DNA of 61,430 nucleotides, filler included, from Choristocarpus tenellus KU-1152 (Eukaryota > Protista > Phaeophyceae), in assembly GCA_964200185.2 (NCBI GenBank). It is 7 parts of 7 records of this genome, joined end to end, with 100 filler letters (N's around TTAATTAATTAA, not from the genome) between each part and the next. Parts side by side here need not be neighbours in the genome. Positions count along the whole stretch, not along the records: positions 21,254 to 34,951 come from CAXNAD020001404.1; positions 35,052 to 50,175 come from CAXNAD020001054.1; 5 more parts are not named here. One strand, written 5' to 3'. Under the pieces are notes generated by a model that had not been told where the DNA came from, ran no database searches, and saw nothing but the letters and a program-made list of their open reading frames with translations. Shown in pieces: positions 27,201 through 37,414 of this stretch. Positions within the stretch are counted from its first letter, which is position 1, and each line of letters starts with the position of its first letter. Made by a program: the position numbers and the translations under genes.

Positions 27201-28834
27201 GCTGAGGTTTTTCCCACTAATTCACCTGCCACAGGCTGCACGTGACTGCTGTTAGGGTTGGGCAGGGCTCCCTTACCCCCTGTCGCGCTCTTTGGGTCCC
27301 TCTGCTCCTGAAATTCCCCCAATTTTTGCCCTTCCTTATGACTCTTGTGATCTACCTTCCTCAGACTCCGGGTCTCATCTGCCTTGACAGATGGGTTGAT
27401 CAGCGATGGAGACAAGGGTTTCACTCTTTGACCAGAGGCCGAGCTCGTGAGTCCCAGCTGCCTTACAAAGTCTGGCATGGGTCGGCCTGTGAGCTAGACC
27501 AACAGGTAGTTCAAGACCAGTACAAAGATGGAGTTGGAGTCTTCAAGTTGCAAAAAGGCTGGGTGTGGTGTATCTGGGGAAGCATCTAGGATGTGGGCAT
27601 TCAAGATTTTCTCTTGGCCAAAAGCACTCCATACATGAGGTATTTCATTATTCTGGAGAAAGTTTTCACAGAAGTCATCTACGCATACTGAGCACATAGA
27701 CTGTGAAGGAGTCATCTTGAGAAATTTATTTTGGCAAAAAAATACTCATCTTGAGGATTACAGTTGGCAAAGGTTCTTACCTGGAGGTAGCATTGGTTAG
27801 GTAGGCATACAAGGATGGTGTGCTGGCGCAGCAATACGTACATCAGGTCATCCCCTACCCTGGAGTGGAGGCACTCCCATGGGGGGGAACACAGTGCATT
27901 GAGCAGGGTGTTGGGAAATATACACTCCACTCCCTGCAATCCCATCAGTTCACCCTGCTTGGAGTGTGGTCGAGTTGGGCGGCAACCCAAGGAAAGGACA
28001 TTGCGCCTGGGTTCATCAGTCCGGTCGAGTTGCCCGATGCCACTCAATCCCTAATGGCGAAGGCAAACAACACAGCAAAAGGGGTCATCTCAGTTGGGGG
28101 CTCATGCGTCCTAACTAACACAACGTCAACAAGGCGTCTACAGAGTTTTTGATGATCGTAAGAGTAAGAAACATTGTACGAACTTGATCATGTAAGAAAA
28201 AGGCAAGTGTGAGTTGAAGGAGAGATCGCGTCCTCCTTCAACCTAGCCAAAAATCCTACCACTCCTGCGCATCGAACGGGCTCTGCGGGTGTTTACTGTG
28301 GTCTGACCTGGCCAACGCTTGAGGAATACAGGAGAGATTTGATGACACGTTCAATGAGATCCATCATGGAGGAATGCTGCTGCACGGAAGCGTGGAGTGG
28401 CAGCGGAGAGAATGGTTCGGGCTGGAGGTCGGGCATGCTCCCATCCATTCCGATGGCAGGGTCCAACCGAGCAGGTGTATACGCCACAAGGGTCTCTTTC
28501 AGAAGCTGATGTCAAGCGAGAGATTTTTGGTTAACGGGAGTGGTCACTGTCAATAATAAAGGGAAGAAGCCCCAGTGCGCAAGAAAATTGTTGGATGAGA
28601 TACTAATGAGGGAGGATGCTCGCGACTACCAACCTCGATGTAGTCGTGATCGTCACCACGGCGGACGAGGTAGCCCTTGGGGCCACCGTACTCCCTTACG
28701 ATAGAAGCAGAGGAGGAGGAGGAAGGGGACGAAGAAGCAGTCATAGCGGTTAGCCAGTGGATGCAGGAAGCTTCCAGCGGTCGTGCATGTGGGAAGATCC
28801 TGTTGACCCAGTTCCGATGCTTTGTGGTGTCCAT
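21273..28834 (-). CDS. TERT: Telomerase reverse transcriptase, 5' half (TEN, linker, TRBD up to the T motif); exons 28834-28634, 28505-28308, 28050-27781, 27493-27117, 26528-25547, [small exon likely unlocated], 24354-24247, 23301-~22578 (donor uncertain), 22326-22187, 21358-21273; RT domain lies beyond the contig end
   Basis: GQ motif RNVLSLG...PNTL...WECLHSRVGDDLMYVLL...CYLQ|LTGRP; IFYS..R|RAGFPLGHPLN; CP motif YGRLLEAHCPLP; QFP-like VFPMELWGSMHN..KFVELRRHE; WTFSGMIIPL|VRSLFYVTE...FFFRKPVW (T motif). All are in the expected order with GT-AG borders. Confidence 0.95.
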
Positions 28835-29127
28835 CGCCGAACTCGTAGTAATTTGCGATTAATTGCACCTTCACAGGTTCTTACGAGAGTACCGCAGGTA
28901 TTGACCATGCCGCACCGTTAACAGGCCAGGTTGCATCCTTAATCATGACCAAATCAAGTGGGCAACCATGTACTAGTAATGTTATAGTGGTGTAAAAGTT
29001 GGATTTAAAATAATCTCACATTTACATACATTGGGTTAGGTATCAAAACCAATAAACTGAAAAAATAGAGGGTCGAACTCTTTGTCTTGTTACACGAATT
29101 GTAGGGGGAAGTATTGTTGTTGACTCC
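28835..29127. promoter_or_regulatory. Putative bidirectional promoter between TERT and the divergent gene
   Basis: Only 293 bp separate the two opposed ATGs (28834 on minus, 29128 on plus), within one contig. Confidence 0.55.
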
Positions 29128-30496
29128 ATGAGCTCAGTCGGTCCCACCCGTGTCCTGCAATGGTGTGCAAGGAACCATATTAATTTCCGCGTAGGTGCAA
29201 AGAAGCTGAGGATACTACCTATCGTCGTCCATCTCCTATCCTGCGATTTGGACTGGTTTAGGAAGGTGTGTAACACACCAATGCTCGACAGGATTGTTTA
29301 GTGATCGGTGTGAAATCTGTTGTACGTAGGGTGATATTCTTCACGGCTTGGGATTATTTCCGCCTTAGTTGTCAATGAAATGTGTTAGACACCGTCTTTT
29401 CTCTCGCCACAGGATGTGATTACAAACTACATGACAATCACCTAGAGGTAAAAAGTAGAGCTAATGCTCTCCTGACCTTTCCTCGCAAGGACCAATCTTT
29501 GTTTGAGGAACTTCAAGTACTTCTCCGTGATCGTGTTGTCCGTGCCTATGGTGATGGTGATGAGGACCCTGAAACTCCAAAGACGCGTAAACGCGCTCGC
29601 CGAGAAGAGATGTGCGTGCAAGGTTCTCGCTTGCAGTTCACTTACCGCTACCGCAAGACCATCCCCAGGTAAACATGTTCTGCTTGCCTGTCGCAAGAAT
29701 GCCCCTAGTACTGCTGAGGATGAATCTAGGTTCTATCCTTGCCATGTTGACTGCGTGTGGTTTTCTCTGCTATACAGTTCTGTCTCCTTTTGTATATTAT
29801 CCTCTCCACCTCTCTTTGATTAATATATACTGTCCCACAAACAGTGCATGCACTGCAATGATGTTGGCGAAGCCATGTCTACGAGAAGAAAATAAAGCCT
29901 TATTACAACCCTCCCTCTGAACTTATGCCTCGTACAGATTCACCGTCCTAACCTACGCCAAAAAGGACAATCGATGTGAAGATGAAGAAGACAGCCCACG
30001 TTTAGGAGAAGGCAAGTGTAGGGGGAAATTCTCTCACTTGCCCCTCTCGCAAAGCACCTTACTAGTGTGGGTGTATCACTTTGACCGAGAGCACCCGTAC
30101 AAAGAGGTCCCCAACGAGGCAGCACTGAACTTTCAAAGTGTATCAAGCTCTACACTTGGTGCAAGTGCGACGAAAGGAAGGTCATCGTCTTCCTTGGGCA
30201 AACTTTACGCCCAGGGTTCAACCACATACCGAGACCAAGAAGGTGCAGCCAACAGCAGGGATGGGCTACTGGCCTGGATTTGGGGTGCAACAGGAACTAG
30301 GGGGAGAGGGGGTGAGCATGAGGTGAGGTCTCATCACCATGTCAGCCAACACTTTATTGGTGACACCTTCCTTGGTGGACATGAATCCACTAAGAAAAGA
30401 AGAGCTTCCGCCAGCCTGCAAGATGTGGAGGATGAGAACTTGCAACGTGCAATCCAACTGTCCCTGGCTGATGCAGAGCACGGAAGAGAGCAATAA
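29128..30496 (+). CDS. SLX4IP-like N-terminal domain protein with a C-terminal ubiquitin-interacting motif; exons 29128-29265, 29490-29668, 29938-30496
   Basis: Three exons splice in frame (CTAAT branch-like site before the 29490 acceptor). The C-terminal EDENLQRAIQLSL matches the UIM consensus. The N-terminal pattern ILPIVVHLL..DWF..EELQVLL..VQGSRLQFTYRY..LLVWV resembles SLX4IP as recalled. The gene model is more secure than the family call. Confidence 0.65.
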
Positions 30497-31329
30497 AAAG
30501 ATAAGAGGGGAAGACCAAAGGATCGAGCGAATATTAGGGACAAGGATGATACGACTCAGAACACAGTAAAGGAATCCAAGGGAGAAAGGTTGTGACTCCA
30601 TCAGATGGGTTTTGTGTAGCAGGGACGTAATTGGAGCTGCAGGTCAGTGTCGACATATTCCTGACTTTTTTGCTCCAACCTCATTTTCTGTGTATCCCTG
30701 ACCATGAGTTTGTATTTCATCATTACCGGCTCCTACGGTTACTGTCTATTGATTTGTTTTTTTCTTATTTTATTTCTCACTCGCTGATCCTCTTGCTTCA
30801 CCCTAACCTGCTGGTGACAGCCAGTCCACCTTTACTGCAAATGAGAACCAATGCAGGATGTTAAAGAGTTACTGCCAGTTACAATACAATCAGTTATTGT
30901 TACTTTTGGCAGTTAGCTGAAGCAAATCTAAGGACCACCGATCAAATCATTCATTTATGTTTTGGTAGTTTGGTAGTTCAACTCTGCATAGAATCTTTCC
31001 ATATGAGGTACTTTGGATTACATGGTGCGATATTTTGTTCAAGATGACCTCTTTTTTGCTCTATCCTTCTTGTTAGCATTCCTCAATAATAAGGCAGTGC
31101 ATGCATTGCATGGGACTGTGTGCAAGGGTTCATCCAATTGTCTTGTTGTCACAGCATGTGTGAAGGGGGTGGTTGTGGAAGAGTAAGCTTTCTTCCTATT
31201 CAACTCCGCTACTAAGAGTCCCCTCCACCAACAAGAGGATGTGTGATGACATCATAGATGTGGGCTTTACCACTTCAACCTACACATTTTGCTGATGTAT
31301 CAGTTACAATGTTATAATGGTACAGTTTA

Positions 31330-31504
31330 GGCTCAAAGTATCTGGGGGGAGTGGTGGCTGTCCATTTGGGGTCCATTTTTCCATGTTGCGATTTTTGGGT
31401 GCTTTGGTTGCATGCATCAAATGGACAATGTAACTTCACTTCTCCTGGTCAGGGCCCAAATGGACACCCTGGTGTAGACCCCCCCCCACCAGATACTTTG
31501 AGCC
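31330..31504. mobile_element. Tourist/PIF-Harbinger-type MITE
   Basis: Terminal inverted repeats GGCTCAAAGTATCTGG...CCAGATACTTTGAGCC flanked by TTA on both sides; related copies occur elsewhere in the window. Confidence 0.88.
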
Positions 31505-33109
31505 TTACTTACGTTGGAGTATTTTCAAACATTTCAATCTAAATTTGGTTGATTCATGTATCAGCGAACAAGAAATTATACTGCGATGTCTCTTTTGGAC
31601 AGTTCATGGGGGGGAGTCAATGTGTGGCACCTGTTGCTCGTTCTGGTCAAACTGGTCACTATTCCATCAGTGAAACTTGACGGTGTTTTCTACCTCCCCT
31701 TGGTCTCATGGTCACACTACTACCTCAGTGCTTACCCATAGGAAAATGCACAGGTAAACCACAAAGGAATTGACAGAGATAAGAGGTCTCCAAAGATATC
31801 ATTGGGGGCATCTATAGTTCTCCCTGCTGTGACCTGTTCAAATCATGCTGTTGGAACACTGAGGTGTGAAGAGTAAACCTAAGCACAAACTCTCCTCACT
31901 GCTGTGTGGTGCAGACACTACTAATGCGGTTAAACAGTATTTATGTTCTATTATATTCAAGGGCTTGCCTCAATGTTTGCCTTTGTTCTATATTAGTGGG
32001 GCAAGGAGGCAGATGGAAGAGTCATATACTTGAAGAGGATTGCGAGCTCACTGACCACTCCATCTGGAAGTGCTATCACTCCGATGCAGGGTGCACCCAT
32101 GCACATTGCCTGCCTGCAAATGTCTCTGGAAGAACCCAGTCAAGTATGTGGTTTTCTACGTAACAATGTTATAGATGTCACTTCAAACGTACACTGCCTT
32201 ATTAGCAATGATCGCCACTGCCAAATGCAATCAATCTTCTTCTCCCTGCCGAACCTATCAACAGGTTAAACCCTTCAGAGTGTGTGCTTTTCTATGAATA
32301 GTAATACCAAGGCAGCAGACAATGCTGCCGCTTCGGTAGAAATATGAAAACAAGTGGCTGTTTTTTTGTTTTTAGGGATATGTGCTACTAGGTCTCGACT
32401 ACAAGGCATGGATATAGTATAATGTATTGGTTGTATCAATACATTTATCACAGATAAGTAGATTGAAGTGTCAAAATCTTCCAACTTGAAATTTGAAGGC
32501 CATCACTGCAAGGGAGAGTATACATCAGCACTACTTTACATACCTCCCTACTTGGCAATCATATCATCACAGATTGAACCAACTTTTGTGTGCTACCCTA
32601 TACATGTGTATTAAGAATTTCTTCTCAGACACTCGTCCTGTTGTATTCTTATTTTCTACCCCTACTTTTCTTTCTCTTTGTAGAAAATACACATATTTTT
32701 GAAGGTTATGTGTCTTCCTAGCAGCATGCATATCGTGTCTCTCCTTCCCTGGACACCCAGATAATATTTAAATCTCCTGTAGGCTAGTACTTCTTCTGTG
32801 GTCTGGTGAAAGAGAATTACACAATAGGTGTTCAGTTGTGTTGGACTTGCAACATGGTCTCCAGATCATCAGAGCCAAATTTCCGTCAAAAGAAGTCTAG
32901 CGACAAAGGGACTCAAACCTGTGAAATTTATTGTTTGTCCGTACCCTTGACAATTAGACCACGCCCTTCCTGCAGACTTTGATTCTCTCCATACAGTCTC
33001 TCTAACTTGCAACAACAGTAGTAGGAGTGCAGACCTTGGTACAGGATTAATTTTTGTTTTGCTCACGAATTCTGGATTATTATTATTTTATTCTATGTTT
33101 GCATTCCTC

Positions 33110-34480
33110 CCTATTCCCCTTTCTCCCCACATTCTATCAACCCTTGAGACCAACCAGTGCGACCTCTTTGCCACTAAGTTCCAGCCACCATCCATCTCTG
33201 ATGACCAACCAGTGCGAACCGCCTTCGCCACTGATTTCCAGTCACCCTCCACATCTGACGACCAACAGGGTGAATCCCCTTCAACACTGATTTCCAGTCA
33301 CGCCCCACATCTGATGACCACAACCAGGGCGAACCCTCGTCGCCACTGATTTTCTGTCACCCCCCACATCCAATGACCAGCCAGTGTGACCCCTTCGCCA
33401 CTGATTTCCAGTTGCCCCCCCTATCCGATGACCAACCAGTGCGACCCCTTTCGCCACTGATTTCCGGTCTCTACCACCCCTTTCAACCCTATTCAATCCC
33501 ACTCAACTCCACCCCAGTTACTACTCCACAATCATCCAAGAACCCTCCTTCGTCATTCCCTTCATACCATGCCTTTGAACTAGAAGACATCTACCCCACC
33601 CGAACTTGACCTCCCCTCCCCTTCGGGGTTGATTTCTTCTAGATCAGACTGTAAGTCCTCTGTTTGAACCCAATTCTTACTACTCTCTGCCAGACCCGTC
33701 GAAACCCCCACTGGGTCCCTCTGGTTGGCCCTGACATACTTCATTAATGCATTTGACTTCCATCTCCCCTCCCTCTGAATTACCATCTCTGAAAATCCCA
33801 TGAATGCCAGCCTGGTGGCTCCCCCTATCCTCCCTGTCTGCAGAGCATACGTTTCTGGTTTCGACTTTAGCTCTTTTGCTATTCTTCTCAGGATACATGT
33901 TGCTTGTCCCCTCATCACTACCCTCCACCTCTCTCCCTCTCTAAATGGTCATCAGTGGGGCATCAGGGGGTAGCTCTGGGAAACATTCCATAATTTCTAG
34001 TACCACCTCAAAACCCCCCCATATTCGCTTCCCCTCTTCCCTTCTCGACTTTGAATCTTGTCAACATTTCTCTCTTCCTGCCCTGATCCCCTTTCGACCC
34101 CCGAATATTACCTCGACTTTTTCTGCCTTGTGTCTATCCTCCCACCCTAGTCTCTCCACCCCTTTCCTCCATACTACATATTTTCTCCTTATCGCAAAAT
34201 TTCCCTGTGCCCCCCCCCCTTCATCACACGACCAAAGCTCCGACGCTCTTGCCAAGAAAAGGAAAGCGAACCCCAATCCTAGCCTAGTCAACTTACCCTC
34301 CTTCCCTAACATATCAGTACAGTGCTTTGTTTCTACAATCGTTCTCCATGTCAGGGGTCTCCTCCTTTTAGGCTGACTGCCTGTTTTTGTGTGACTTCTC
34401 CCCATACCCTTCAGAACTGTTCTTCGGCTGCGTTCGCTGTCCTCCTCTTCCCCAGAGTCTATCCTTCCCCATTCCTGCAT
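33110..34480 (-). mobile_element. DIRS/Ngaro-type retrotransposon relic (tyrosine recombinase region and 3' end)
   Basis: FLFLARASEL (catalytic Arg box), YALQTGRIGGATRL and EGRWKSNALMKYVR, frameshifted; nucleotide-collinear with 58331-59420. Confidence 0.88.
33148..33470 (+). repeat. Degenerate ~55-60-bp tandem repeat (~6 units) at the 3' end of the DIRS/Ngaro element
   Basis: Recurring GACCAACCAGTGCGACC..CGCCACTGATTTCCAGTCACC..CATCTGAT. The same array abuts the second copy at 58321-58430. Confidence 0.85.
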
Positions 34481-34951
34481 GTTTTTCCCACCGCTGCAAT
34501 GAAGCAGTCGAAATTATCTGGCAGCTCGTAATCCCCTTTATTCGTATTTCTTCCTAACTCTCCCTTCAGGATGTATTCCTTCATCTTAAAGGATGACAGG
34601 TTTTCATGTTGCCCTGCCACCGCTTCAGTACCGTCGACTTTTTCGTTGACGATCCTTTGAAGTTCATCCCGTGTTGCTCTGGCGTCCCCTGCCAGCATAA
34701 ACAGGGAGATGTACCCTAGGATTACAAACAAAACAGAATTTTGGAGATGTATCGACGGTAAATCGAATGAAAAGCCAATTGAATATCAGAACAACCCCTG
34801 AAAAAGTAACAGTTGTATGCATATATGTATTATTACGCCCTCTGACATTTTGGAGATGTGTCAGGGGGAAAACAAATGAAGACTATACATATGTCAGTAT
34901 AAGCCCTAAAGAAATAAAATATCATAAATGTGAAAACACTATAAAACACTA

Positions 34952-35051
34952 NNNNNNNNNNNNNNNNNNNNNNNNNNNNNNNNNNNNNNNNNNNNTTAAT
35001 TAATTAANNNNNNNNNNNNNNNNNNNNNNNNNNNNNNNNNNNNNNNNNNNN
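34952..35051. other. Artificial contig spacer
   Basis: N-run with TTAATTAATTAA at 34996-35007. Confidence 0.97.
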
Positions 35052-35207
35052 ACCGCACTTTCATGTCTTGATGGACAGGCCCCAGTGATGCTTTATAGAC
35101 CGCTTGTTTTGCTTTTTGCAAAGCATTAGAGCATGAATTTGTTCAATGTTTAGTGCACACAGACTGCCCACCAAAATCTTGGCTTCTCCTGGATATGTGA
35201 GTGACAG

Positions 35208-35966
35208 GTCAGTGGGGCTCTGGAGACCTTGCATCGCCGAAAACGCCGCCTCATATCTACAAATGTTGGTGGGACGGAGACTGACAGTCCTAGGTTAGAA
35301 TGGCTGTTGAGGGCACAAGAAGCAAATGTTCAAACAATTGAAGACGGATCCATTGGTGACCCTTGGGAGGCAAGCTTAAGTAGTGGGAGACGGGAAGCGG
35401 TTGCAAACAAGTCTGAAGGATCTTCGTCAGGTAGTAACACAATGTACATGGCACAATTTCACACATCAAGTGTAGACAAGGATTGTAACGTTGAAGGGGG
35501 TAAGGGAATCCCATCATTCACTTGTGGTGTTGGCAATCCCAAGCAGGCTTCTTGTGGCAAGTCATCAACAGATGTGCTGATCAAGCCCATTACGATTGGG
35601 AAGATGGGCACCTCTGTCGAAGGTCATATTGACATTATTGCTCGGGATGGAAAACATCCGGAACAGAGTCCTGGGCAAAGGATCAACTCAAAGCAAACTA
35701 ACTCACTCGGTGATGGGCAGGATAATAAAAGTGGTGCTACTGCTACCCTTGTGAGCAGGAGCTGGACTCTGCCAAGGCCAATCCAAACGGGAGGGGGGGG
35801 AGGACTTTCACTCCTACGGCTTTTTGAGGGTCCTGGCAGAGATGCTGGCACAGATCAACAGGATAGTAAAGGATGGGTAGAGCAAAGATGGGGTACACAA
35901 CTTCCACCCTCATCCAAACAAAGGCAAGGCACCGATTACTGGGATGCTCGCCTCTCCCGGTGTTGA
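35208..35966 (+). CDS. Probable 3'-terminal exon of an unknown gene truncated by the contig start
   Basis: Open frame of ~250 codons after a CAG acceptor near 35207; S/G-rich and disordered-looking, with no recognisable domain. Confidence 0.35.
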   Translation, partial: VSGALETLHRRKRRLISTNVGGTETDSPRLEWLLRAQEANVQTIEDGSIGDPWEASLSSGRREAVANKSEGSSSGSNTMYMAQFHTSSVDKDCNVEGGKGIPSFTCGVGNPKQASCGKSSTDVLIKPITIGKMGTSVEGHIDIIARDGKHPEQSPGQRINSKQTNSLGDGQDNKSGATATLVSRSWTLPRPIQTGGGGGLSLLRLFEGPGRDAGTDQQDSKGWVEQRWGTQLPPSSKQRQGTDYWDARLSRC

Positions 35967-37414
35967 AAGAATAAACAAACTTCCCACATTCTGTGCTTGA
36001 GTGTGATGTTATGGTGGTAAGTGTGATGTTGAGTGTAATATTGATGGATGGTGTTGATCAAGCGGCCTTAGCCTTGGACAAGAGTAAGCTCCAAAACGAT
36101 ACATACTCATCGCTTGTCTGACAATGCCATGCGAGATCTATAAACAAGTCCAGGCATGGGTGATGTCGATATTCAACAACGGACATATACTTTTCCGAGG
36201 ATTTGGGCCATGACGCTCCAGACAAACAGTGGCACGCCCCCCTGTGTTTACAAGGCTTGGCAGTCCGACTCATTTTGTGTCCATGCTTTTCGATATCAAC
36301 TTGAGATCATTTTCACCATCAGTGCACACACTAGCCAAGCACTAACCATTATGCTTGAATGATGTTACGGAAATTGTGCTGGTTGAAGTTCCTACTTGGC
36401 AGTGTCTTTTGTATCTTTCCACATTGAAGTTAACATTGTAGTAGTCAAATCAGTGGATTTAATTTGTATGCCTCAATGGAGTACATACTCTACCTGCAGT
36501 CAAGAGCTTATACAGTGCCCACGTCACACAACAGTTTCACGACTCCTTAGAGCAGAATAGACCCTATAGCAGAAATACATACATTGAAAGTCACTTTTCT
36601 GTCAGATTGTTGGAGACAGCAACCAATTCTCGGTTGTCTTGTGGAAAGGAGTATAAGTTGACAGCTGTGGAAAGGGTTGTCCTTAGTGCACCATTGAACA
36701 CTGGTCAATCTCGTAATATAATACAATAGGTGGATGCACCACACAAACAAGCAACAGGGCATGTAAAACCACATGATGGTGCTGGTCGTTTCAGTTAAAT
36801 GTCACTTTTCATTTTCCATTGATTATTTTGTGCTTGCATGCCGTAGTATGTGCTCATATTTTCTACCTCCAAGCAATATTAGAAACAGTTGACTTCAATG
36901 TCACTCCTTGGATCTCACTATGGGGTTGACACACCCTGGAACCTCATCACACCAGTTGTACTCATTGAGCCCTAGTGAAATAGCCAAGAACCTCTCACAA
37001 AGGAATGAATGATCTGGCTGACTAAGCTACTGGTCAGATATTGTTCAATAATTTCTGTTCTTCATACAACACACCATTTGGCACAGTCAATATTCATTTG
37101 TGTAGTACCATCCCCACAGTTGTTTCATATCACCCCCTCGACTGTGATACTTTTGGAATGAGACCAAACACTTGCACCTAAATCCCCACCAAAATCCCTC
37201 CACAAAAAAAAATGCACAACCTTCTTCCACAGTTAATCCATCCGGCTTTCTAAAAGTAGATTTAAGGTTCTAAATTATAGGAGTACATCGAATCTTGCAA
37301 TCAATTGCCAATTATGTTATTCCCCCTCTTGCCGCCCTTCTTCTCAAACAGCACACAGACTTCCTTACCCTTTCTCAGTTATGATGTTACAAACATACAG
37401 TAAGTAGCAAGAAC

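Noticed and set aside
33148-33470. CRISPR-like repeat-spacer array
   Set aside because: Whole units are homologous and degenerate, and the array belongs to the retrotransposon 3' end.
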